A DNA stretch of 64,000 nt from Tubiluchus corallicola (taxonomy: Eukaryota > Animalia > Priapulida). The number at the start of each line of letters is the position of its first letter. Position 1 is the stretch's first letter. Below the pieces are notes generated by a model that did no database searches, was not told the origin of the DNA, and saw only the letters and a list, made by a program, of their open reading frames with translations. The DNA lies in contig JAQGDQ010000506.1 in assembly GCA_030141605.1 (NCBI GenBank), forward strand, positions 62,001 through 126,000, written 5' to 3'. Both the position numbers and the translations under genes were made by a program. Shown one piece after another: positions 26,751 to 39,442 of this stretch.

Positions 26751-27281
26751 ATGACTGAAGAATCTAGATTAAATAGACAACTACTTCAAGCAGCTAGAGA
26801 TGGAGACATTCATGAAGTCCAGCGGTTGCTCACTGAAGGTGCTGACTGCAACTTCAGAGAAAATGACTGGCCTGGAGAGTCTGCTCTCAACCGGGCATCT
26901 ATTAATGGGCACGTGAATGTAGTTCAGCTCTTACTAGACAGTGGAGCTGATATTAACATCAGTAACAACGATGGAGAGTCTGCTCTCATCCGGGCATCCA
27001 CTATTGGGCACCTGGAGGTAGTTCAGCTTTTACTATACAGTGGAGCTGATCCTAAGATCAGCAACAGCGTTGGAGAGACTGCTCTCATGCTGGCATCTGT
27101 TCAAAGGCACTTGAATATAGTTCAGCACTTACTAGATAGTGGAGCTGATATTAACATCAGCAACATCGATGGACAAACTGCCCTCAGGCGGGCGTCTAAT
27201 AATGGGCACATAAATTCAGTTCAGCTCTTACTCTCTGTTGATGCTGATTCAACACTAGAAAGTTCAGAAGACCCATTGTAA
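26751..27281 (+). CDS. Ankyrin-only paralog of the ANK-cGLR gene (176 aa, 5 repeats, no NTase domain); may be a pseudogene
   Basis: Same N-terminus MTEESRLNRQLLQA and same upstream context as 11802; ORF open, ends in a unique tail SVDADSTLESSEDPL*. Confidence 0.7.
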   Translation: MTEESRLNRQLLQAARDGDIHEVQRLLTEGADCNFRENDWPGESALNRASINGHVNVVQLLLDSGADINISNNDGESALIRASTIGHLEVVQLLLYSGADPKISNSVGETALMLASVQRHLNIVQHLLDSGADINISNIDGQTALRRASNNGHINSVQLLLSVDADSTLESSEDPL

Positions 27282-28499
27282 ATAATTGAATAAGTTATGG
27301 CTTCACTGTTATGTGTTATGAGACGGTATAGGATTACAACTATTTCTGCTGAAGTAGATTTCTTGTACTGCTAGAGTAGATTTCCGGTACTGCTGATTTT
27401 AAATAATGTTAGAATATAGTGGACAGCATATAGAGAGGCTGACATTACTGAACACCATTACATTACAATTAATAGTGTAAGAAAGTTCTCAGTCTAATGT
27501 AAAATTTAGATTGATGTTTAGAGTAAAGAACAAAATTGAGAATTTGAGAAAATTTTTAATTGTATTACATTGTAAATATTTTGCGAATTATACTGTGTGA
27601 TTCATGTCTTATGTTGTTTTTGTAACAACAAAATAACAATGTAATAATCACGACATTAAACAATTATTAAATTTATTGTAGCTGGCACTAAATTGGTGTT
27701 GTTTGCTTTTATCTAGTTTTTTCTAGTACCTTGTTTTATCTTGTAAAACTACAATGTGAATCGACTCCACAATTATGTAAATAAGTTGTAAATTTATTAA
27801 TGGAACGTGTTTTTAATTGATGAATTACAGAAAACACTCTCACTTTATTGAATGTTTCAGTTGAGATCACGTAAACATTTAGACCACTCAGTTCCTTGCC
27901 TGGTTTAATATTATAACAATATTTTATATTATAACTTATAACACAATATATAGTAAACTATAACCTTAGAAAAATTAAAAACCTGCTTTAATCACAAGAA
28001 ACAAGCGTAGTTTAGTGAATAAATAATTTGAGTTTGTATTTCGAGGTCTTTGGTTCAAATCCAGCTTAATGTCCGATCTTTTAGACGTTTCTATCTCTAG
28101 TCATATTTGAAGTATAGAATTTAATGGAAATATTTATTTAATTTAGGCATAAAAGTAAAGAAAGCAATTTAATGAATGTAACACTTATAATGGTCTCTTA
28201 AAAAGATCAACTTCTCAAAAATATTCCTAAAATTAAAGTTCAACAATCTGTCAGATTCGCATGTTTATTTTACTCCATTCCTCTCTGCATTTCACACATT
28301 TTATAATGGTCACTTTACTCAAAGAATACATTGACTTCAGGTAGTTTACTGCTGCCACCTCGTGCACAACACATGACACTCGTGTGACTGTTTTGAGATT
28401 GGAAGCTGCTGCCCTCTGTCGCACACAAAAAGAAATAAAGGAAATGCACTTAAAATGTTGCTTTAGAATGAAAAACTTTATAAGCATTCTTCGTCTCTT

Positions 28500-28504
28500 T
28501 TCTT

Positions 28505-28580
<76 letters not shown>

Positions 28581-28590
28581 ATTCTCTCTC
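28500..28590. repeat. (CT)n microsatellite
   Basis: Direct reading. Confidence 0.95.
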
Positions 28591-29416
28591 TGTATCTTTC
28601 TCTATTGCTCTCGCTTTTTCTCGATTTTACACATCATATCTTAAGATGCTTCCAATAAAATTTATCATTTGAGGAAAGTTACCTTGCTGATCTATGTGTA
28701 ATTTTAATAATTAAATAAATACTTTTTTTTGCGTTGACTTGAACCTGAACAGTGTTTGTTAAATACAAATGATTGTGCATGTTAAAAACAAAAATTACTG
28801 AATATTTTTTATTTATATTATGTGAGCATTATAAATTACATACATGCAGATATGAAGGTTTATTGAAATGCAGCTCTAAAACGATGAACTTTTCAAACAA
28901 AAATACCAGCGCGTGCGCAGCAGACGAAACTTTTGTGAGTACAAGTTCGGCTAGCATTTTATCCAGGCAAGTTTGAAATTAATCTCAACACGCATGCGCA
29001 ACTTTATGGTCAAACTTATCAAGACGAAATAGTTATTTTGTCACATTGTTATTATTATTATTATTGTTGTTGTTTTTGTTGTTGTTATTGTTGTTACTAT
29101 TGTTATTTGACTACTTTGACTATGTTCAAGGCAGTCAAAAGTTCATCCATTAACCAACTTTTCCACATATGTCCTACTATATGTTCAACTGTATTGTCAT
29201 AATTTGGTCATTTTACAATGATTAATAACTATTTTTATGTTAAGTTTATAACATTTTTTAACTTTAAAATCTTGGTAAATGATGGAGAATTTTACGAGTG
29301 AGCCATAGCATCTTGGACACTCTAGATGAACCTGGCTCACCTTTATGAGCACCATCCTTACTATAATGATGCTGTTGTTATGTGCAACCACACATACCAA
29401 TGATGTTGTTGGAGAT

Positions 29417-29425
29417 AACAACAAT

Positions 29426-29469
<44 letters not shown>

Positions 29470-29500
29470 CCACAGCAGCAACAGCAACAGCAACAATGAC
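29417..29500. repeat. (AAC)n microsatellite at the left junction of the duplicated block
   Basis: Direct reading. Confidence 0.9.
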
Positions 29501-29541
29501 AAGAGCGACAACAATCTAATGAAATCTTGCAAATTCATTCT

Positions 29542-31870
29542 GCCATTTTCAAAGTGAATCATTGTAAATTAGATTTTTAAATAAATAAATAATCTTTTAT
29601 TTCTCTTTGTTAGACACAATTTAATTATGTACATAAGTTTACTCGCTCACTCACCTACTTACTTACCTAAGGCCAAACATATCTACACGTCCACCCAACT
29701 ACTTTCCTACCTACCTAGTTACCTGCTTACCTGCATGCTCTATGTCTGCCTGTCTACCTACCTTGCTACATGCCTACCTACCTACATCCCTGCCTACCGG
29801 CCTGCAAACCTACCTTGCCACCTACCTAACTACCTGCCTGCCTAACTACTTAACTACCAGTCTACCTGCCTGCCTGCTTGCCTACTTAGTTTGGTTTACT
29901 TTCACGTTTAGTAGGCCTAAAATAATTCTTTGTAGTTATTAGTTATGATCATTAAAATATTTTTTTTTTAATTTAATGGAATTGCCTTATACTAATATGC
30001 ATTAACTGAATATAGTTACTTTCTGACTAAAGTGCAAACAAGCTCTCCTTTTACTGGCCTTTTGGGCTTAATCACAGTTTTTTATCAACATAATATTAAA
30101 CAAATAACTGGGTACGCAACTTGAACTAATGGAAAAGTTTTGCATGAAACGAGTACTTGAAAAAGTACAGATGTATGTACCTGCGTTGCCGTGAGCTGGA
30201 ATTATTAGTTGTTTTTTACTTTATGGACCTGTAAGTTTTGACTGTATAGTTGCTTAAAAGGCCCAAATTATTAATAATTATTTTAATTAATAGTCGTGAT
30301 CTTCTAAACTTTTATTTTTAAAATTTAATCTAATTACATTATATTTTTACCTGTACAGATTAAGTGTAGTTATTTTGTGGTCACCATTTAAAAAAGCTTT
30401 CTGTTTACTAGCATTCAGGTCTTAATCGCTGCTATATTTAATCATATAATATTAAATAATTATTTCAGTAAATAAATAGAACCCAGTGGAAAAGTTTTGC
30501 ATGAAATGAACAGGTAAGAAGTGCAGGTGTACCAACATTACCTCAAACAACAAAGATAAGTTAGACAATCTTGACAGACAGTCTTTACGTAATCTTGCTC
30601 AACAAATAACCCGACAGTTAAAATAGATCTTCAGAAAATATGATTAATTTTATGATGAGCCATTAAATATGTACAAAAATGACAACAGTGAATAAGATGA
30701 AAATACTAGACAACTCAAAGCTTGGTACTTCCAGGAGGAATAAAAACTGGAAGTAATCGACCACAGTTATTTAATAAACACAGTTAAAAAATCAACCTTA
30801 AAAACTATGTATTTTTATTCCCTTCATGTTTGAACTTGATTTGCAAATATTTTACACGTAAGATTACTTATAATAAATGATACACGAACATTCTGCTTTG
30901 TCTTTTTTTGTAGTATTTTAAACAAATATTTATTTCGTTAATGACTAATGCATAGGCTTATCAAATGGTCGGTTAAATTTCTAATTGAGTGAGAGGTGAG
31001 AGTCTATGCAGAAAAAAGTGAGAGGTCTTTGGTTCCAATCTAGATGTGCCTAGATTTTTTCACATGTTAATTTTTTTTATAAAATTTGTTTTAACAATTG
31101 TATGTTTATTCCGCCATGAATAATTTATATTTATAGTCAGATACATGCGAATATGATTTTTTTCACATGTACAAAAATCTCTTCAAAAACCCTTATATTT
31201 AAAAAAATGCTATAGACGTTTACTACGTTAGCATAAGGCACCGTTTCTGCTAAAAAGCAACGTTATAACTGACGCTTCACTTGGTGTTTCAACTGCTCAA
31301 CACTTCCTAAAATTATTTAGTTGATATTTACCTCTCTTCCCAGGTAAAGCAAAACATTATAAATCTTTGCTGAAACATACAATTTTATATCAACGTTTCA
31401 CTCGTACAGCATATCACCATACCTCAATACTGTGGTAATTTAATGACTTTTTCATTTTTGTATGTTATTAGCGAAATAGTTTATTTGATCAAATACAGTG
31501 TTTGATATCTTTTTTTATACATTTCTTTTGAATTTTTGGTTAAAGTTTTGCACTTACAACGACATTGGGTCTTATCTTACATGTACAGTAAGCTTTATCA
31601 ATTCATGATGAAAAATATTTAATAACTGAGCTAGTAGAAGCAGCATTATAACCCTTCTAATAGATAAGCGATGTCAATTTATTTGCAGACAAAACAAGGA
31701 TGGGTGCCAGGGCAGGTTGAACCAGCTCTAACTAGTTCAAAGTAATACACCCCCAGCAACTATAAAAGCTGAGTCAAGACGTTGAAAAAGCCGCTATGAA
31801 CTCTAGACAAAAAAGAGTTACTCCTGCAGAAGAAAGAGAAAGGATTGAGAAAAAGTAAGTTTTGAAATTA
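29542..31870 (+). repeat. Segmental duplication block, copy 2 (paralogous to 1930-4300)
   Basis: Colinear from gccattttcaaagtgaatcattg to gagaaaaagtaagttttgaaatt. Confidence 0.9.
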
Positions 31871-32353
31871 ATACTTTTTTAATTTGTTACTGATCAATGA
31901 AATGGTGATTTAATCGTTTTGGTAAAAGCATCAACATGTCAGACTGAAGGTCTATACAGTAAGAGATGACTGAGTTATCATACTTTTTTGCATTTGGAAA
32001 TGATTTATAAATTGTCAAAAATTGCTATGATTTGTTAGAGTCAAGATTTTTTTATTTTTTAAGTTGTTTTGTCAGTTGTAAATTACTCGTTAAAAAGTGA
32101 TGAACAAACTTGGAAATTGTCATTTATGATTTAGTAGTTTCACTCTTTCTGACTGTAAATAAATATTGATTACAGATAAAAGATGAATTCGTCCCCTCTT
32201 CACCTCTGTCTGTTTATCACAATTTTGCTGAAATTTGACGGTGGTTCTAAACTGGGTAATAACATACAAAAGTCAAAAATGAAAATTTTTGAAACTTTAT
32301 GCAGTTTGTGTTAATATTTAATATGTTTTATTTGTTATTATTTTTGTTATTAC

Positions 32354-32567
<214 letters not shown>

Positions 32568-32830
32568 CCATTAGAATTAATATATAGATAATAAGCTGTA
32601 AATACTTCTACAAGAAAACAAGAAAGAGAATATTTGATCCTGGTAAAGAAAGCAACGAACAGATGGATCATGTGAAGCTTGAACAGCAGTAAAAAGCGAT
32701 TCGACGGAAGGACATCTGAAATAGCAAGTAACAATAAATACTGTAAATATTTGTACATATGTTGCTAAATAACATTTTAATAATCTCTTTTACTTGCTCT
32801 TATGGCGCTAATTATAAATAATTTTAGCTA

Positions 32831-32972
32831 AAGTTTATAATTCCACACACACAAGAAATTAGTTCGCGAAGCGGACTAGAACTAGGGTAAGGATTGGGAT
32901 TAGCGTTAGGATTAGGGTTAGGGTTAGCGTTAGGGTTAGGGTATTTAAATTGTGTGGGAAATTGTAAACTCC
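32831..32972. repeat. Short degenerate (TTAGGG)n tract inside imperfect inverted repeats
   Basis: attagggttagggttagcgttagggttaggg flanked by agtttataattccacac and gtgggaaattgtaaact. Confidence 0.55.
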
Positions 32973-35519
32973 TTCCATAATTTTTAATGGTGACGAAAAA
33001 ATATTTCTAGAATGAAATTGTCAAAAGTTGGTATAGAACTCCAAACCATAAGCCTATATTTTCTATCGCCTATGTTTAATAGAAAATAATTGAAAGGTTA
33101 GCTATACTTATTACTTCACTATCCATGCGAATTTCTTGACATTAGTTAAGTTTTGTAAATCAGAATTATAATTTGTAGCTTCAAAGATGGTCAAAGGAGT
33201 TATGAATCCCTTGCCTGCTGACTTGTGCAAAAAAGATAACCGTTGGTGGTTGTGGAAATCAAGTCAGAACTATGACATGAAAAAGCTACGTCATGTGATG
33301 ACGAAAAGTCCTAATTATCCAGATCGTAAGTGTAAAATTTCACACCATAAAATTCACAAATTTGCAAGGAGGAAAAAGAAAAACTCTGACAGACTTGCAG
33401 TTTTTTGTATTGCCACTTTTTATTTGCTCACGGTATGCTCACTTTATATTTACATATCTTGCAACGATCTTCTGGCTTCAAACCCCAATAATTATTGTTA
33501 AGGCAAAAGTACTACTGATCACATATACCTCTTATTGTTGTAAGATAGGATAGGATAAATCTTTGTTTAAACTCGATAGCTAGAATGAGCCATAGGTTTC
33601 TTTACATCCGGGTTGAGTGTACAGCCCATACAAGTCTGTTCAGACAGTTATGTAATGCATTTGTTTATGTAAGAATAATCATGTTTTCACGTACATATAT
33701 TTTATGTAATTTTTAATTTATACTGCACTGAGATATTGGTAACTATGTACTATAAGTAGCACCAATATTTTCAAATAACAGAATTTAGTCGTTTTTCTAA
33801 TTGACTCCAGATTTTTGGTTTTTTGCTATCCCAATAAACATTGCTCTTGTTTGTGTTATTATGATGGTGATCCAGCCATTTTCCACTTTCATGGGAAACG
33901 GTGTTGCTGATAGAACGTAATTAGTTACAAGTTTCCTATCAGTTAAATAATTAATTTTCAAAGGCAGGCCTTATCCTTCAGTCGGCTAAGCAGACGATCG
34001 GACCCGCACCTTCATCTAAATGCAACAAATTCGTGTCGACAGTATTGCGTCGAAGTAAAAGTGCTATATTAATTAAACTTTACTTTTCCCATTTGCCTCT
34101 CATAAATCATTTTGCAGGATTGGAGATACACAGAGTTAGACGCTCAATGTCCAAAGTCCAACGAAAAGTCCAAAAAAGCGATTCACAACAGCATCAACAA
34201 GGCCAACATCACTGCTCCGAACAAGAACCACAACTGGTTTCCAAAGCAATATGACCTAACTGGTCCTGATCGACGTTGGAGTGCCCATCTCTCTCCTTCA
34301 CAGTGAAAATGACAGTTCTGATTCGGAGGGGATCACACACATGGCAAGTGATGAAGAATGGGAGACGTGATAAAATGAGAGACATGACTGTGATCATAAA
34401 CTATTAACATTAATATATATTAACATATAATAACCACTATGTAAAATTGCTATATATATATATATATATATATCTATATATATATATATATATATATGGG
34501 TAATATGGCTACAGAGTAAAAATTAAAGGAAAGGGGCACCTAAAGTAGGTCTCGGAAAATTCGCCTTAAAAAATTATACTTTACAGCAATTTTATGCATA
34601 TATCGTATTCGCATTAAACGGAATTTTCGTTTGTTTTCATTTTAAATCTCCCGCTATATTGTTTCGACGGCGCCATTACATGACGTCACTTATGCAAACA
34701 TAAATGAGGGGAAGAAAAGGTAATGTTGAATTACGCCCAAAAAAAAGTTCCATGCAAATGTATATTACTAAGCGTTTCGCTTATCTGCTGCAAAGAGTGA
34801 TGTAACTACAGCCAATAATTCAAAATGTTGGTGCCAATTCGTAAAAAAAAACATTTTTTGTCTTATTGACAAGATACAGTTATATAAAATATTAGTTAGT
34901 AACATGTGTGCTACGAGCCTACGAATGCTCTGATTATTTTTTCAAATTTCATGCGATGTTATCTAAACATGTATCAAACCACCTACCATTAAAATGGCTG
35001 CGCCTAACGGTCATTGCAGGAGTTTAAATGTACATGTTTTATACAGCGTTACTGCCGATGCAAGCCCTGCATGCAAAAAGACAGTATGTATAAAATTTCA
35101 AGACAAATTTTTAAGCTTTAGCAAGTGGAAGTTTTCTTGCGCTTTAAATAAGTTAAACGTTTTTTGACAGTCGGTGGAGCCACCTATTCTATTCGATTCC
35201 ACAAACAGAACAGGAATTCAAATTCGCCGAAATACTTTCTACTTTTAAATGTGATACATTAATGTGACATAAATATATTTCGTAACAGGTGCTGAAATAA
35301 ACAAGCCTGTATTTTCATTGGCCCATTGTGTTAAACAATTTTAACGTACAGTTCGTTTCTTGATCAAGTTCGTTAGATAATAAACTTTAACAACAGTAAT
35401 TAAGAAATTTTCAACGTGAACATTAATTACAGGCCTACCTATATTGCAATAATATTTATATAATATACAGCTGTATTATACATTTTGATTATATATATAT
35501 ATATTTATATTTATATATA

Positions 35520-35645
35520 CTAGCAAAAGCCCCGCAAAAATTTTGCGTTTAAATACACGTATATAGAAAAATATGCGAACATCCTACGTAGTGTTTGTCT
35601 ACTTATCTAACGCAAAGCCAGTAGCAGCTCTTACTGAATTAAGGC
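35520..35645 (-). mobile_element. Helitron-like 3' terminus (second copy at 40579-40706)
   Basis: Minus strand reads cgcaaaa-t-ttttgcg hairpin, ~10 nt, then CTAG|T. About 125 bp are shared with 40579 onward. Confidence 0.55.
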
Positions 35646-36754
35646 TATAAGGTTATAGGCAGAGTATAATGGATGACGTCAGAACAATGGCTTTGCGTCA
35701 GCAGCTTTCTAAGCAAAACTTGCCGAAAATAGAACATCTAATTAACTCCTCGTACTCCTCTTGCTGGACCTGTCCTAAAATATAGCCCACATCATCGTGT
35801 AGCCCTTTTCATACTCTTTCTAAAGAGCTAATATCTCCTTCCTAAAGTCACACTAAGCTCTGCTACAACGTTTTTACTGTTGGCTGTTTGGTCAAAATTT
35901 TGAAAAAATCGTGAGTTGTGTCCGGGAAAACGCCCGTTACGGGACGCCGTGGCCCTCTCGCAATTTCTAAATACCCCTATGGCACCCACCGCTGAATGGG
36001 CTATCTATCCATGGCCAGCACCACCCATGGCCCGTTCCCCTTTCTCCATATCTCAGACGTATAACTTTTGAAAAAACGGCCGAAAAATTTGAATTACTGA
36101 GCTCAGACTAGATTTCATCTATTGATCTAAATTTTTAGATTATGCACAGTTTATGCTTTTAGCAAAGCTACATCCACAAGCCGCACGTTACATTATCAAA
36201 GATTTTTATTTAACTAACCAAGTTTCTAGATCAAGACAGATACATAATCTATAAAGCAGTTGATTTTTTAATGGGTCAGAAATTATTTAACAGTCACAAA
36301 TAAGTGTGATTACATATACATATCATATCATTGTGATCATACTGTCCCACATGCTTAATTGAAATTTGTAGCCATTTATAGTCATGACGTTTCTTAATAC
36401 CTGTGACACTTTATGTCAACAAAGAACAAATTTTAAGAAATGGCATGGCTACAAATAGCTTCCCTCCTAGAAACAATAGCAACGTTTGTACAAAGATTAA
36501 CTTGTCTATGTGAATCTTAAAAACTTTGTAATATCAGCGTAAGATGCAAATAAAGACACGAAATGAAAGATTGAGAGTTGATTGAGAAATTGAGAGTTGA
36601 TTGAATGACTTCTCTGTTGATTTTACGTTGTCATTATAGGTTTCTTGCTTTTTTATTATCTATAGGTTTATCCTGCACTTGGGCGCTTAGCACGTCACGA
36701 TTCTCAGCTGGGAACAGGATGGATCTAAAAACGCTTCGTTCTAAAAGAGCAGGC

Positions 36755-37380
36755 ATGACTGAAGAATCTAGATTAAATGGACAACTTCTTCGAGCAGCTA
36801 AAGATGGAGACATTCATAAAGTCCAGCGGTTGCTCACTGAAGGTGCTGACTGCAACTTCAGAAACCTGCTTGGAGAGACTGCTCTCACGCGGGCATTTGA
36901 ACATAGTTCAGCTCTTACTAGACAGTGGAGCTGATATTAACATCAGTGACAATAACGGAGAGACTGCTCTTATGTGGGCATCTATTAATGGGCACTTGAT
37001 TGTAGTTCAGCTTTTACTAGATAGTGGAGCTGATATTAACATCAGTGACAACGATGGAGAGACTGCTCTTATGCGGGCATCTATTGACGGGCACTTGAAT
37101 GTAGTTCAGCTCTTACTAGACAGTGGAGCTGATATTAACGTCAGTAACAACTATGGAGAGACTGCTCTCATGTGTGCATCTGTTAATGGGCACTTGTCAA
37201 TATCAGCTCCACTATCTAGTAAGAGCTGAACTACATTCATCAGTAACAACGATGGACGGACAGCTTCCATGTGTGCATCTGTTAATGGGCACTTGAATGT
37301 AGTTCAGATAGTGGAGTCAATATTAACATCAGTGACATCGATGGAGAGACTGCTCTCATGTGTGCATCTGTTAATGGGCA
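36755..37380 (+). pseudogene. Frameshifted ankyrin-only paralog of the ANK-cGLR gene
   Basis: ATG at 36755 (MTEESRLNGQLLRAAKDG); deletion frameshift near 36897; further 99-bp modules continue in another frame with more disruptions at ~37197 and ~37308; no NTase sequence follows. Confidence 0.85.
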
Positions 37381-37622
37381 TGCATTTTTCAATGTAAACC
37401 CAATGTCATATTGTGAATTTGTAAATAATTCTTTGGCTGTTTTTGGACAGTAATGATTATGTTAGGCGATAATAAGTGTGTAGTGAGAATTTGTAAATAA
37501 TTCTTCACTTATTTTTAGACAGTAATCATCATGTTATATGATCAAAAGTCTTTTTTGTAGTGATCTATGGACTGAACTAAAGTATTATGTTCGACTATCT
37601 CTTAATCAGTCAATAAACATTT

Positions 37623-37666
<44 letters not shown>

Positions 37667-37860
37667 TTTGTCGAAAATAAATAGCATTTCGCCCTGTATG
37701 GAAACTTAATTATATTTTACAAGTCAAAAATCATTTGAAAGTTTAAAATAACTTTTATTTTATGTCAAATAATTATGGAAAACAAACAACTAACAAAAAC
37801 ATTAAAAAACGTCAACAGTTTGTAAAAAAAATTCAGAGGAAAAATACATCTCACAGAAAA

Positions 37861-38275
37861 TTATAGTCTCAGTCAATACTGATATTATAGTCTTAGTCAA
37901 TACTATTATTATAGTCTTAGTCAATACAACTATTATAGTCTTAGTCAATAGTATTATTATGGTCTTAGACAATACAATTATTATAGTCTTAGTCAATACT
38001 ATTATTATAGTCTTAGTCAATACTATTATTATAGTCTTAGTTAATACTATTATTATAGTCTTAGTCAATACTATTATTATAGTCTTAGTCAATAGTATTA
38101 TTATGGTCTTAGTCAATACAATTATTATAGTCTTAGTCAATACTATTATTATAGTCTTAGTCAATACTATTATTATAGTCTTAGTCAATACTATTATTAT
38201 AGTCTTAGTCAATACTATTATTATAGTCTTAGTCAATACTACTATTATAGCCATAGTCAATACTATTATTATAGT
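37861..38275. repeat. 24-bp minisatellite just 3' of the LRR gene stop
   Basis: Unit ttatagtcttagtcaatactatta, about 17 copies. Confidence 0.95.
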
Positions 38276-38305
38276 CAGTCAGGTTACAAGTAAATATTTT
38301 CTTTG

Positions 38306-39399
38306 TTACACTGAACTGCTGGCTTTACTAGATCTAGAAGATCCAGAAACTTCTGAACTCCACGTCATTGAAGTTGCAACTTGCGCCGGTCTCTCATTTC
38401 TCTCCCTCATTTTACTGACCAATAAAGTGGCCCCCAAAATCAACAATATCAAACCAGTGCCGACGCCGACGGAGACGATGACCATACTGGTCGACACGTT
38501 GATACTCGCCGTAGCAGCAAATTCAACAGCTTCAATGGCTATGCTTGCTGTAGCGCTGACTCTTCCTAGAATGAATGCTGACTTCGTAGTTGTTGTTGTT
38601 GTTGTTATTGATGGCGGCGTTGGAGGGTGGGCGCAGCGGAAATCTTTGAACTGGGCATTTGCAATGAATGTGGAACCACAGTCAACTAAACTGTCCTTGT
38701 TTGTCCAAGTTTTAACCCACACAGAATCGCAGTCACAACTCAGTCTGGGATTTGCTGAAAATTAAGGAAAATGTTAAAGACAAAACGCTGCATCTGTTCA
38801 GGACCTAAATTGGGTATTTGGAAATTTAAGTGATGAAAATAATGATGGAAAATGGTAAAATTTGCATTGTGAAAATTATGTGATTTTGATTCTCTCTCCC
38901 ATCGATGCATGTAGAAAAATAACAAAAACAGCTGTAAAATTATTTATCATCAGTGTATGATATTTCATCATTCATTTGTTATTTGGTTTTGTTGTGCTAC
39001 CGATTTTTTATTTTTATTTAGTTTTTTAATGAAAATTTTAGCTAAAATTGTAAAATTATAGCATCCATGATTGGCAGAATCCAGCATATTTGATGAATCT
39101 GCGCTAGAATTGTATATTGTTTGTTTTTGTTTTGTTTTGTTTTGCTTTGCAGATTTCATCATTTTTTTTATTTTTGATTATTAAATTTGTGCACGTTTTT
39201 GATTTGATAATTTTCTTTAGATTCACTGCATATGTAATGTAATATTATACACAAATTTGTGAATAATATTACACTATAATAATACACTAAACTCAACAAA
39301 CTTCACTGACGGTGAGGGTGGCTGATTTAAATTAGCCTATTTAGTTTTTCGCCATCCTTCCCTTGAATTGTATTTTTAATCTAGTAACAACTAAAAATA

Positions 39400-39442
<43 letters not shown>

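Noticed and set aside
28000-28085. tRNA/SINE-like segment (tagtttagtg ... ggttcaaatcc)
   Set aside because: A/B-box-like motifs only; no convincing cloverleaf or TSD by eye.
37959-38765. 268-aa plus-strand ORF
   Set aside because: 24-bp minisatellite plus the antisense of LRR exon 2.
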